From the IMG/VR virus record IMGVR_UViG_3300021426_000063, positions 64,001 through 128,000 of that record: a stretch of 64,000 bases of DNA. The stretch is one strand, 5' to 3'. Under the pieces are notes generated by a model. The model saw only the letters and a program-made list of their open reading frames with translations. It was not told the origin of the DNA and did not search any database. Below, piece after piece: positions 21,004-30,730 of this stretch. The DNA comes from a virus. Its lineage: Duplodnaviria; Caudoviricetes. Made by a program: the position numbers and the translations under genes. How positions within the stretch are numbered: position 1 is the first letter of the stretch; every line of letters begins with the position of its first letter.

Positions 21004-22149
21004 TTAATTTACATTAAATCCAATTTTCTTCTTCTTTTTGGATTCAGATGTATATTCAATCTCTGGATTGAAGAGTTCTGCCAAAGAAACATCCTTGTTT
21101 ACCTTTTGTAGTCCAAGTTTCTCTGCCACCTTGTTTGCCTTGTCCTTGTCAAGAAGTTCAAACTCATACTTACACTTACATCTACCAGGCCTCAACAGAG
21201 CCTCATCAATCTTATGGTAATCTGTATTGAAGGTACAGATAATCTTGATATTGAGAGCATCTGCAAGAATACCATCTGTCATATTAAGCAAATCAGAAAT
21301 ACCATCACTCCTTTCACCATCATCAACAGTTATAAGGTCTTCACAGTCTTCAATCACAAACACACAACCTCTGTTCCTCAAAAGGAATGGAAGGATGGCA
21401 GGGTCTGTGAAATCCTCAAACAACTTACTTGGTACATAGATGAACTTCCTCTTGTCAGTTTCACATTCAGAAATGAGATATCTGATATAAGTACTCTTAC
21501 CAGTACCAGGTTTACCATAAAGAAGATAAAGACCATTCTTGTCTTTCAAGATTGAATTGACAATAGATTTATGTGCTTCCTCAAACCCATCATTATAGAG
21601 GTCAAAATCAAGTTTACCTTCAATATCAACATTGAAGTTATCAAGATATAAATCAGGATCTTTCACAATGACATAACACTTAACCCTGTCATCATCCTGA
21701 TCATACTTCTTCAAATACTTATTGACAACCTCTTCAATCTTATCTGTACCAAGATGAGAAACAACATTTATCATCTCAAAATCCAGATAAATCATAACTG
21801 GTTCTTTGTTTGACACAAGGATGAACCGGTTAGTCTCAATCTTTTCAGTGTTTGATTCTTCAATACTCTCCTCACATCTTGGTTTTGTCTTACAATAATT
21901 GAGTTTACCATAATCATATAAAAGAGGTACAAAATCACCAGATGCAACAAGGTCATTGAAGATGACATTGTAAATATCAAAATCCTCATCCTCATCAATC
22001 CTGTTAATATCCATTGAATACCTATACACAGGAAGTGCATCAAAAATCTCCATATACCAATGGTCCTGATCAACAGCCTTCATCTGTGACATTGCATACA
22101 GATTGTTTCCAACCTCCTTCACAGTATTTCCAATATTTACTTTTACCAT
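21004..22149 (-). CDS. AAA ATPase (classical clade)
   Basis: GKPGTGKS, VIEDCE, LLNMTDG, DEALLRPGR. Confidence 0.9.
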   Translation of the reverse strand: MVKVNIGNTVKEVGNNLYAMSQMKAVDQDHWYMEIFDALPVYRYSMDINRIDEDEDFDIYNVIFNDLVASGDFVPLLYDYGKLNYCKTKPRCEESIEESNTEKIETNRFILVSNKEPVMIYLDFEMINVVSHLGTDKIEEVVNKYLKKYDQDDDRVKCYVIVKDPDLYLDNFNVDIEGKLDFDLYNDGFEEAHKSIVNSILKDKNGLYLLYGKPGTGKSTYIRYLISECETDKRKFIYVPSKLFEDFTDPAILPFLLRNRGCVFVIEDCEDLITVDDGERSDGISDLLNMTDGILADALNIKIICTFNTDYHKIDEALLRPGRCKCKYEFELLDKDKANKVAEKLGLQKVNKDVSLAELFNPEIEYTSESKKKKKIGFNVN

Positions 22150-22154
22150 ACTTT

Positions 22155-23492
22155 TTATCCTAAATGTTCATTTGTATCTATACAATCAGTCCTCTCAATG
22201 AGTTTCATCTTTCCATAGTTGATGTCAACCCTGAACTTGTGTCCCTTACCTTCACCTTCCCTGATTTTCAGAATCTTCATCCAGTAATAAGGTGTGGCAA
22301 CACCATTGATGAGTTCACCTATCCTCATCTCTTCTGTCTGGATGATACCAATACCATTATCAACAGTGTGCATAAGACCCATTGATTCTGATACATCAGT
22401 AAGGTTGATGTCTGAACTGTCAAGAGCACCCCTACCAATCTGTGATGCAGTAATCATCAGTACATCATACTTCACAGCAAGACCTCTCAAATCCTCTGCC
22501 AGTGTCTTAATCTTCAGATAAGTGTTCTCTGAATTAGGCTGACGGTAGTTGCACATAATGTTGATATAGTCAATAATGACAACATCAACCTTATATTTCA
22601 TTGTCTCCTCAACCTCCTTGATGTATCTCTCCACATCAATGACAGTACCCTGACCTGTCGGTAGTTCCTTCACACGGAGTTTACCTGGTTCAAAGAAACT
22701 GGAGTTCCTGAACTGTTTGATCTTCTTCTTTACATTGGCAGGATTCTCAACCAGTTTGTCATAATCCTCCAATGTCATATCAAACATGTTGGCAGAAATT
22801 CTCCTTGTCACCTTCTCTTTCGCCATTTCGCAGGTGATGAACAGGACATTCTTACCCTGTCTCACATAACTGGCTGCATCATTACAAAGGACAATTGATT
22901 TACCAACATTAGTACCACCAATATAACAAGTAAGTGTCTTCCTATCCAGACCACCATGGGAAACCTTGTTCCAATATTCCCAGGTTGATGGTACCTTGTC
23001 ACTCTTAATATTGTGGTGACTGTCAGGATCCCAGAAATCATCACCCAAATCCCTGTCAAAAGAGATGAGATTAGTGTCACCAACCATTGATGCTGCCTTT
23101 TGTACAATGTCTCCAACATTATCTAAAGTGATGTCTGATGTCTTTACCAGTGCAGCAGCCTCAAAAAGATTGTGGTTTAGTGCCCTGAACTTAATCCAGT
23201 TCTCTGTAATATCTCCCAGCCAATCACTGTCATATGCTGCAATCTCAACATTATACAGTGTATCAACAATTTCAGGAGACAATTCCTTCTTGTCTCCCTT
23301 GATGATAGCCTTCATCTGTTCACAAGATGGAGATTCCTTATATTCTTCAAAGAACAGTTTAGCATTATTGGCCAGATACTGTATCTCTGGATTTGAAAAG
23401 AAATCACCACCCATACTCAGGAGATACTGTGGTTTCTTCAATGCATATGCAAAGATGATCTTCTCCTGATCTATTGTAGTCTTCATTCCCAT
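22155..23492 (-). CDS. Replicative DnaB-like helicase (T4 gp41-like)
   Basis: GGTNVGKS, FITCEM, IIDYINIM, AEDLRGLA, TASQ, SESMG. Confidence 0.95.
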   Translation of the reverse strand: MGMKTTIDQEKIIFAYALKKPQYLLSMGGDFFSNPEIQYLANNAKLFFEEYKESPSCEQMKAIIKGDKKELSPEIVDTLYNVEIAAYDSDWLGDITENWIKFRALNHNLFEAAALVKTSDITLDNVGDIVQKAASMVGDTNLISFDRDLGDDFWDPDSHHNIKSDKVPSTWEYWNKVSHGGLDRKTLTCYIGGTNVGKSIVLCNDAASYVRQGKNVLFITCEMAKEKVTRRISANMFDMTLEDYDKLVENPANVKKKIKQFRNSSFFEPGKLRVKELPTGQGTVIDVERYIKEVEETMKYKVDVVIIDYINIMCNYRQPNSENTYLKIKTLAEDLRGLAVKYDVLMITASQIGRGALDSSDINLTDVSESMGLMHTVDNGIGIIQTEEMRIGELINGVATPYYWMKILKIREGEGKGHKFRVDINYGKMKLIERTDCIDTNEHLG

Positions 23493-23503
23493 AATCTAAC
23501 AAT

Positions 23504-23794
23504 TTAATCCCAGGGTGTTTTAACTATTTTATATCTTGTATTGTTTTTCTTGATATATTCCAGGTTAGTTAGTACATCAATGATTTTTGCCACACCTTCC
23601 TCATCCAAATTATACTTGTTCTGTAACTTTGCATCAGAGAACAAATTAGAATCTGGACTCTCTATACAACTATCATATAATACATCCAATGGTGTTGGAT
23701 AATCAGGTAAACACTTATTAATACCTGTTATATATCTAACTTGTACTTTTTCCTTATCTATACTTACCATTTCATTAATAGTTCTTATCAGCAT
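23504..23794 (-). CDS. Hypothetical protein (possible winged helix)
   Basis: 96-aa ORF heading the helicase operon; true start may be the internal Met. Confidence 0.6.
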   Translation of the reverse strand: MLIRTINEMVSIDKEKVQVRYITGINKCLPDYPTPLDVLYDSCIESPDSNLFSDAKLQNKYNLDEEGVAKIIDVLTNLEYIKKNNTRYKIVKTPWD

Positions 23795-23855
23795 AAAAAT
23801 AACAAAAAATCAATAATATCATAAATAATTTATACTGTATATAAAAGAAAAAACT

Positions 23856-26800
23856 ATGCTTTTAGGATTTAAAGATTATCAATCTTATAGTATTGATTTT
23901 AATGAATTAGGACAGATTAATGAATCACATCAGTATTCTGATGCAATCAGTTCTGTTATGGATAAACTCACTTTCTATGTAAAAAGGAGTGTTGCTCTTG
24001 AAAACAGCAGTCTCAATGAGTCTGCAAAGAGAGCATATAGTAAGGACATCAGGTTCAACAGGGATGAGAGAATTGCTGCTGCTTGCATCTTCAATGAGAT
24101 GCTTAAACAGTATGAAGAGAATATGAAAGAAGAATTATCTTTGTGTGAAACAATCCTCAATCAGGAATCAGTTCTTGAAGAAGGTGTTGAGTATGATGAA
24201 AAGACTCTTTCAGAAATTCTTTCTCTCAATGAAGAAATCAAGATTTTCCACAAGTTGAAGAATGTAACAAAAACTGTCATTGATGGTGCAAAGGAACTCA
24301 CAGTAAAAGGTGTTGAGGTTGTAAAGGCAAAGAAAGAAGATCTTGTTGCATGGGCAAAAGAAGCAAAGAAAGATTTTGAAGAAAAGTATGAAACTCTTAA
24401 AAAACTCATCAAAGAGATTGTTGATAAGGGTGTTGATACAATTGAAAAATTCATCAATAAGATTCTTGAAGTGTTCACATCAATTGGTGATGACCTTGTT
24501 GATGCTGTTAAGAAACTTGGCGGTCTCAAAATGGAAGATGGTGAGAAACCAGCAACCATTGATCTTGAAGATACAGATGAATTATACAAAGATAAAAATG
24601 ATGAAGAAAAATCTTTCATCAACAATATTATATTAAGAGTTCAGGCAATCCTTTCAGAAGATAAGGAGAATGCAGTAAAATTGATGACAGAATCATATGT
24701 TGCTGAATCTATTGTTGATAACAAATTCATTGCCTGGTTGTCAGGTTACAAGTCTGACGGTACAAAGATGAGTTGGTGGAAATGTATTCTCATCGGTCTT
24801 TGTGCATCACTCATTGTATGGTTACTTCCAAAGGTACTTGTAGTTGCTGGTCTTGGTGGTGCTCTTGCAGCATTCATTGCTGCTCTTGTAGGTGTTACCT
24901 GGAATGGTATTGGTATGCTTAAACTCATATACAGGAGAAACAAAGAAAGAAAACCTGGTGAGAAATTCTTCAACAGAAAGACTTCTATCTTCTTTGCACT
25001 CTCATTGTTCTCAATGATATTCAGTGTTGCTACATTCATCAAGACTATTGGTCCTCTTTTGAGAGAAATCTGCAACACTATGGAATGGACTGGTGGTGAT
25101 GATATGAACAAGTTTGGTGAATTTATTTATGGTATCACAAAGAAAGTAAGTCCAAAGGATGCTTTTGTTGATGGTGGATACAAAGAGATTTCAGAAGAGA
25201 TTCAGAACTTTGGAGGTGATTTCAGAGGAAATGATCTTCTTAAATCAAAAGAAGATGTTCTTAATGCAGTAAAGGAAATGCCTGGTGCAACAGAAGCAAA
25301 TGTAAATGCTCTTGACAAGTTCCTTTCTGCACCTATTGATGCAAAGGGTACATCTGCTGTATATGATGCATTGTCACAGTTTAAAGATAATGCAGACCTT
25401 CCATTTGTTGCAGTATTTGATACATCAAAATGGGGTGGTACTGGTCCTATCAGAGATGCTATCAAGGCATTGAAAGACCAACTTCCTGATTCTGCAATCC
25501 TTGGTACTGTTGGATCAGAAGCAACAAAGAAAGCATCAAAGGGATTGTATGGTTTTGCAACCTATCTTACTGGTGTAAACCAGGAACAAGCAAATATGAT
25601 TTTTCAGAAAGCTGCTGAACTTGCCGGTAAAGATGTAGCATCTCTTCAACTCCATACTTATGGTACTGGTTCAATTGCTGATGTAATCACAACAGTTGAA
25701 CCAATCAAGGGTATGTTTGATGTACTTACTCCTAATGTTCCTTTCCTTCCTATGGTTATGCCATTCTTTGATGAGAAGAAATGGGGTGAATACAAAATTA
25801 GGTTTGCATCTGCAACAAGAGGTGCCGCTGCTTATGTGGTTGACAGAGTTGAGATGCTTCCTTCTGACAAGATTGAGGGTTCAAGTAAAGCATTTGATAC
25901 ATTAAAAACTATTCATAATGGTGCCTGGAAAGAATTCCAGTCATTAGAAATTGAAGACAAAAAGGATATTGAAGAACCTCAATATATTGTATTCTTCATA
26001 AAACCAGATGAAGAAACTGGTAATGAAAATGATAAACCCAAAGAAGGTAACAATGAAGAAAACAAGAAAGATGTTGTTGGTGTTGTAATTGATACACTCA
26101 CAATGATGTGTGCTGATGTATGTAACTTCAATGAATCAGTAAAGGTGAGAAGAAGACCACAACCATACTTTATGAAGGGTCTCCTTTCAAGACTTTCATT
26201 CAGACCATTGAAGGACAATGATAATGATACAAAGGATTACATCAGAACAACACTTGGTCAGACAATGAAGACTCTTGCTACACAGAATGTACTTTATGGT
26301 GTTGGCAAGAAATACATTGACTCAAAAGTTGAAGATAAGAAAGCATCCTATTCTATAAGAGCAACTGTTCTTGGTGATGATAAGAAAAAGGTATCTCCAA
26401 AGAAGACAATGTTTGAACTTGGTAACTTCTCTCCAGAAGAACTTATTAACATCCTTTCAGATGAAAGTAAGAACAATAAAATCGCTTATGACTTCCTTGA
26501 TGGTTCATTTGCTTCAAAGGTATCTATCAAGACAGATGGTAATGGTGACATCACTTCAAAAACAGTCTTGAAAGATGAATCTACTATTGAGAATGTAAAG
26601 TATTATAGAGTATCAAAAGATAAATATCAGGAGATAATGGATGAATATGAGAAAGAATTGAAGAAGTTTAAAGATGGTAAGTTAGATAAGAAACCTAATA
26701 AACCTTCATTTATAAAAGGTGAAGACAAAGAATACTATAAAAGAGCATCAAAGAAATTTATGCAGGAGAATAAAAGAAAAAGAACTTATGACTTTGTTGA

Positions 26801-27332
26801 CATCAGAATTGTTCCACTCTTGAAGAAAGGTGAACTCTATAAGAAACTTATTGAGAATGATAAATTCAAGAAACTCATTTATAAAGAGGATGAGGAAAAC
26901 AATGTAAAACTCAATAAGGAAGTAATCAAGGTTCTCAAACCATTCCTCTTCAGACCTGAAAAGACATTTGCAAAGGATGATGAATATCAACTTACACAAC
27001 TCTTGAAAGAACAGGGTGTAGAAGGTGAACATCTTGGATGGTTCAAGAATCTCTTCAAAGATGAAGAACAACTCAATGATACTTTCAAGGATCTCGTAGA
27101 GGTAATCTGGGATTACTTATCAGAAAACAGAAGAAAGGTATTCAAGGGTAGAGACCTTACACCAAATCATAAAACAAATGAAGATGTTGAATACACTTTA
27201 TTTGATGAGTTAATTGAAGAGTTCTTCAATGATGAATATGATGAGGAAACTGAATATGAGTATGATATGGAAATACTCAATGAAGAACAGGATGTTCTTT
27301 CATTCGAAGACTTCTTAATTGAAAGATATTAA
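23856..27332 (+). CDS. Large late protein with transmembrane segments (putative internal head/ejection protein)
   Basis: 1158 aa; hydrophobic stretches ILIGLCASLIVWLL, LVVAGLGGALAAFIAALVGV, IFFALSLFSMIF; late promoter. Confidence 0.6.
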   Translation: MLLGFKDYQSYSIDFNELGQINESHQYSDAISSVMDKLTFYVKRSVALENSSLNESAKRAYSKDIRFNRDERIAAACIFNEMLKQYEENMKEELSLCETILNQESVLEEGVEYDEKTLSEILSLNEEIKIFHKLKNVTKTVIDGAKELTVKGVEVVKAKKEDLVAWAKEAKKDFEEKYETLKKLIKEIVDKGVDTIEKFINKILEVFTSIGDDLVDAVKKLGGLKMEDGEKPATIDLEDTDELYKDKNDEEKSFINNIILRVQAILSEDKENAVKLMTESYVAESIVDNKFIAWLSGYKSDGTKMSWWKCILIGLCASLIVWLLPKVLVVAGLGGALAAFIAALVGVTWNGIGMLKLIYRRNKERKPGEKFFNRKTSIFFALSLFSMIFSVATFIKTIGPLLREICNTMEWTGGDDMNKFGEFIYGITKKVSPKDAFVDGGYKEISEEIQNFGGDFRGNDLLKSKEDVLNAVKEMPGATEANVNALDKFLSAPIDAKGTSAVYDALSQFKDNADLPFVAVFDTSKWGGTGPIRDAIKALKDQLPDSAILGTVGSEATKKASKGLYGFATYLTGVNQEQANMIFQKAAELAGKDVASLQLHTYGTGSIADVITTVEPIKGMFDVLTPNVPFLPMVMPFFDEKKWGEYKIRFASATRGAAAYVVDRVEMLPSDKIEGSSKAFDTLKTIHNGAWKEFQSLEIEDKKDIEEPQYIVFFIKPDEETGNENDKPKEGNNEENKKDVVGVVIDTLTMMCADVCNFNESVKVRRRPQPYFMKGLLSRLSFRPLKDNDNDTKDYIRTTLGQTMKTLATQNVLYGVGKKYIDSKVEDKKASYSIRATVLGDDKKKVSPKKTMFELGNFSPEELINILSDESKNNKIAYDFLDGSFASKVSIKTDGNGDITSKTVLKDESTIENVKYYRVSKDKYQEIMDEYEKELKKFKDGKLDKKPNKPSFIKGEDKEYYKRASKKFMQENKRKRTYDFVDIRIVPLLKKGELYKKLIENDKFKKLIYKEDEENNVKLNKEVIKVLKPFLFRPEKTFAKDDEYQLTQLLKEQGVEGEHLGWFKNLFKDEEQLNDTFKDLVEVIWDYLSENRRKVFKGRDLTPNHKTNEDVEYTLFDELIEEFFNDEYDEETEYEYDMEILNEEQDVLSFEDFLIERY

Positions 27333-27488
27333 AAACAAAGGGTGAGATTTAATTCTCACCCTTTCATTTTCAAGTAGATATTTCTTTTTAGTTCCCCAGT
27401 ATTGTTTCCATCTCTTTACACAAGCAAGATATATCAAATCCCACTGTTGATACTTATTGAGTTTATTCCATTGTCCTTTAAGATTCAT
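27315..27488 (-). CDS. Possible 57-aa ORF
   Basis: Manual translation MNLKGQWNKLNKYQQWDLIY...; start overlaps the upstream gene end, but the ORF runs through a terminator. Confidence 0.25.
   Translation of the reverse strand: MNLKGQWNKLNKYQQWDLIYLACVKRWKQYWGTKKKYLLENERVRIKSHPLFLISFN
27337..27364. terminator. Bidirectional terminator
   Basis: AAAGGGTGAGA-TTTAAT-TCTCACCCTTT between convergent genes. Confidence 0.8.
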
Positions 27489-27942
27489 CGTCAGGATATT
27501 GGAAATTAAGAGTCAGACAACCCTCTTCAATACCAGAGGTGAACTTATATCCAACATGCTCCAGGAAGGAAGGAATGGAACTCTTCAAATCCTCATAAGT
27601 GGTCTTATCAAAAGTCAACTTATTATAAGATTTGTTATTCAGAGCAGCAACAATATTGACACTCTTCTCATAATCATTGAAATAAAGACAATACATCTTG
27701 GTCTTGTCATTCTTCAACATGATCCACTTATAAGGGAACATCTTCTTGATGAACTTGGGAAGCTTAGACCAGTAGGTAATAGGTTTGCGGATAGCAAAGT
27801 ATCCATATCCACCATCACCATGAGCATTTACAATAACACCATTATACTGCTTACGGAATTCAGTATCAATACCTCCCTCAAAATAAACAGAGTGTGAACT
27901 GGTGAAACAGTCAAACATAATCTTATTGTTGGAATTTCTCAT
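27478..27942 (-). CDS. Hypothetical protein (early)
   Basis: 154 aa; host-type promoter upstream. Confidence 0.7.
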   Translation of the reverse strand: MRNSNNKIMFDCFTSSHSVYFEGGIDTEFRKQYNGVIVNAHGDGGYGYFAIRKPITYWSKLPKFIKKMFPYKWIMLKNDKTKMYCLYFNDYEKSVNIVAALNNKSYNKLTFDKTTYEDLKSSIPSFLEHVGYKFTSGIEEGCLTLNFQYPDDES

Positions 27943-27964
27943 ATCTCATTTCTTTTTCTCATTA

Positions 27965-27996
27965 CAAAGATAATGGATTTTTTTGAAATATCCAAA
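27965..27996 (-). promoter_or_regulatory. Bacteroidota-type housekeeping promoter (early)
   Basis: TTTG-N20-TATCTTTG. Confidence 0.8.
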
Positions 27997-28002
27997 TATT
28001 TT

Positions 28003-28698
28003 TTAACTTTTTTGTATAGATTCTATAATATAATCCACTTTAAATGTATCCCCTAGAGTTCCATCTTCTTTTATTTCATACAGATAAGTACCCCAATTAT
28101 CTACATCATCTTCATTATCATACTCATATCCAAGACATAACTTACCATTTAATGGTGGAGTTTTAGCATATTGGCATAATGGATACCATCTGTCAAGAAG
28201 TGGTGTTTTATCTTGTTCTGATTTACAAAGATTATACTCACCATCTTCATTCTTTATCAACCAAACATTCTTAAACAACTGTTTCTCAACAGTAATCTTA
28301 TTCAACTTTTCAAGTTCTGATTTCTTCAAACCAGTTTCCCTATCATAATCTTTCAATACAGACTTGAATGGATCCTTGATAGCACTGCACCAACGTTCCC
28401 AAGGAATATTATTAATCATTTTTGGGTCACCATTCTTATAGAAATCATCAATAGCAATTTCCCTTATCCTGTCAAGTACTTCCGGGTCAACTTTCTTGTT
28501 CCAATCATCACTATGACCATGTTTAAGATGACCATTGGCACTTCTGTCTTTATATATAAATGTGACATTATCACCACCATTACTATGGCGATATGTCCAT
28601 CCAAATTGTTTTAATGTTTTCCATACATCACCAAATGAAGCAGAACTATATACTTCATTTATCTGTACATATTCTTCAAATTTTAACACTTTACTCAT
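28003..28698 (-). CDS. Late protein with capsid-targeting-like leader and HicA-like N-terminal region
   Basis: MSKVLKFEEYVQINE leader, then KTLKQFGW...GG...TF...H...LDRI. Confidence 0.5.
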   Translation of the reverse strand: MSKVLKFEEYVQINEVYSSASFGDVWKTLKQFGWTYRHSNGGDNVTFIYKDRSANGHLKHGHSDDWNKKVDPEVLDRIREIAIDDFYKNGDPKMINNIPWERWCSAIKDPFKSVLKDYDRETGLKKSELEKLNKITVEKQLFKNVWLIKNEDGEYNLCKSEQDKTPLLDRWYPLCQYAKTPPLNGKLCLGYEYDNEDDVDNWGTYLYEIKEDGTLGDTFKVDYIIESIQKS

Positions 28699-28711
28699 AT
28701 GAATATTTATG

Positions 28712-28740
28712 AAAAAATCCAGGATTAATCCTGGATTTTT
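28712..28740 (-). terminator. Terminator after uvsX, abutting a late promoter
   Basis: AAAAATCCAGGATTAATCCTGGATTTTT palindrome. Confidence 0.8.
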
Positions 28741-28743
28741 CTT

Positions 28744-29955
28744 TTAACCTAACTGGTTTGCAATCAAATCTGTCTCATCTGGTTCATCATCTTCCTCAAA
28801 GACTTCTTCCACATTAGCACCACTGTCAGCATACTTAAACTCTGATTTGATGTACTCATCCAATCTTTCAAGTCTCTCCTTGGTGAATGCCTTTGCAGTA
28901 AACAACTGGTTGAGAGGAATGGTTGTACCATCATCAAGGCAGAATCCCCTGGCAGTCTCTGATGGAACAAAGTACTGGACTGTACCATTGGCATCACACT
29001 TGATATACTCTGGTTTGGGGTCTTTCTGATATTCTTTCTCTGTGATGAACTTACCTCTTTGGATACCACACCTCTCAAAAGAGATGTATTCTTCCAAACC
29101 AACATAAGGATTCATACCATTCACATAAGAAATGTAGAACTTCACCTTCACAGGCTTACAGAACCTATTCTTCTCTGGTTGTGCAGTAACAATGATACCT
29201 GTCTGTGTATTGTCAGATCCTTCCTTCAACTTGGCCTTTGAAAGGTTCAAGATGATACTTGCACCATAAACAAGACCCTTACCACCAGATTGAATATTGG
29301 TAGGAACATAAGCATCAGTAGCAGCATACACATGGTTAGAGAAAGCAAATGTGCCTCCAATGATACCCATCTTCTGCATCAGAATCCTGAAAATTGACCT
29401 AATCTGCTTTGCCCTTGTCATATCTGACTTGTCATTACCAGACTTGGCATCATCAATCTCCTTCTGTGTTGCAAGATTACCAACTGAATCCAGGATGAAC
29501 AACACCTTTGGGATGTTCATTCCCTGTTCCTTCTTTTCAATAAGAAGGTCAACAGTCTGTGTGATATTGGTCTTGAACTCCTGAACAGTACCAACTGGTT
29601 CATAACGGAACTTGGATGGATCCACACCAAACTGTTTCAACTGTGCCTGTTCAATAGCATTCTCTGAATCATACCAGATGACAAAGATGTCTTTCTTCTG
29701 TGCTTCCCTGGCAATGTTCAAAAGAAGATAAGTCTTACCAACACCAGACTCACCACTGATACAGATAGACCTGTTGTTAGGAATACCTCCAAAGAGACTA
29801 CCAGTAAGGCAGGCATTACAGATGTAGTTACCAACTGGGATGTAATCTGTGATAGCAGAGACTCCATGTCCTTCTGACATAAGACCTCCCCATCGTGAGT
29901 TTTTTGACATTTCCTTATTTAAATCACTAAAACTAAAATCTCCACCTTTTGCCAT
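28744..29955 (-). CDS. uvsX: RecA/UvsX-like recombinase
   Basis: GESGVGKT, YDSE, LDSVGNL, DMTRAK, SGGKG, KNRF. Confidence 0.93.
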   Translation of the reverse strand: MAKGGDFSFSDLNKEMSKNSRWGGLMSEGHGVSAITDYIPVGNYICNACLTGSLFGGIPNNRSICISGESGVGKTYLLLNIAREAQKKDIFVIWYDSENAIEQAQLKQFGVDPSKFRYEPVGTVQEFKTNITQTVDLLIEKKEQGMNIPKVLFILDSVGNLATQKEIDDAKSGNDKSDMTRAKQIRSIFRILMQKMGIIGGTFAFSNHVYAATDAYVPTNIQSGGKGLVYGASIILNLSKAKLKEGSDNTQTGIIVTAQPEKNRFCKPVKVKFYISYVNGMNPYVGLEEYISFERCGIQRGKFITEKEYQKDPKPEYIKCDANGTVQYFVPSETARGFCLDDGTTIPLNQLFTAKAFTKERLERLDEYIKSEFKYADSGANVEEVFEEDDEPDETDLIANQLG

Positions 29956-29982
29956 AAACTAAAACTATAAAATGTTATATAC

Positions 29983-29996
29983 TAAATATAACAAAA
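29983..29996 (-). promoter_or_regulatory. Putative middle promoter TTGTTATWTTT (others at about 20084, 23795, 38363, 39531, 44055, 46107, 49104 minus; 49133, 55770 plus)
   Basis: Motif precedes dam, the helicase operon, uvsX, gp47, metK, clamp, M-subunit, polymerase and late sigma. Confidence 0.75.
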
Positions 29997-30007
29997 AAGA
30001 GAGTGAA

Positions 30008-30556
30008 TTACTCACTCTCCTTCTTTGCTTTCTTTTTCTTTTTAATCTCTTTCTTATCAGTAAGTTTGAATTCCTTACTTGGGTCAACCACAACCTTAGC
30101 TCTGGACATAAAATCCTTACAGAGTAACATCCTACTCCTGTAAGTCTTTGTACCAGACAAATCAGAAATCTTCAAGTCAACAAGTTCATCCTTGTATTCC
30201 TTACCATTGAATTTGATGTCAACCTTGATAACAGGTCTTTCAGTTGCCTTTCCATGATGCCAGATTTTGATATGTTTTACAATATCATATTCTTTCTTCT
30301 CACCATTGAACTCAAATGAGACCTTGCCATCTTTCTCTTCAAAATCCTGAACAATAATGGCATTGTATGCTGTGTTACCAGTATCAAGTTTTGCTTTCAT
30401 CTTTCCAAGACCAATGACCTCAATCATTTCCTTGAATCCAGATACTTCCTTACCATCATGTGTTTCCTTTGTTTCTGAATGGACAGGAGTCTCTGGTATG
30501 AAAGCTTCTTCCTTCATACCTCTGTTCTTTATGAATTCTTCAAATTTCTGTAACAT
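30008..30556 (-). CDS. RimK-associated retropepsin-like aspartyl protease (RimB/DUF785-like)
   Basis: KAKLDTGN, ERPVI, MLLCKDFM...VDPS. Confidence 0.85.
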   Translation of the reverse strand: MLQKFEEFIKNRGMKEEAFIPETPVHSETKETHDGKEVSGFKEMIEVIGLGKMKAKLDTGNTAYNAIIVQDFEEKDGKVSFEFNGEKKEYDIVKHIKIWHHGKATERPVIKVDIKFNGKEYKDELVDLKISDLSGTKTYRSRMLLCKDFMSRAKVVVDPSKEFKLTDKKEIKKKKKAKKESE

Positions 30557-30557
30557 A

Positions 30558-30722
30558 TTAGTTAATTTCTTTAAATCCTAATTCATCTTTTGTTGATGTA
30601 ATCTTTCCATCAGCACTTTCCTCCCAGAGTTTTTTTACCTCTGCAACTTTCTGTTTAAACTCCCTTCTTAATTTCTGTTTCACTGTCAAGGTAGTTTTAT
30701 CATGTGAACAATTACATCCCAT
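30558..30722 (-). CDS. 54-aa ORF between RimK and the protease
   Basis: Manual translation MGCNCSHDKTTLTVKQKLRREFKQKVAEVKKLWEESADGKITSTKDELGFKEIN; fills the gap almost exactly. Confidence 0.7.
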   Translation of the reverse strand: MGCNCSHDKTTLTVKQKLRREFKQKVAEVKKLWEESADGKITSTKDELGFKEIN

Positions 30723-30730
30723 AATTTATA

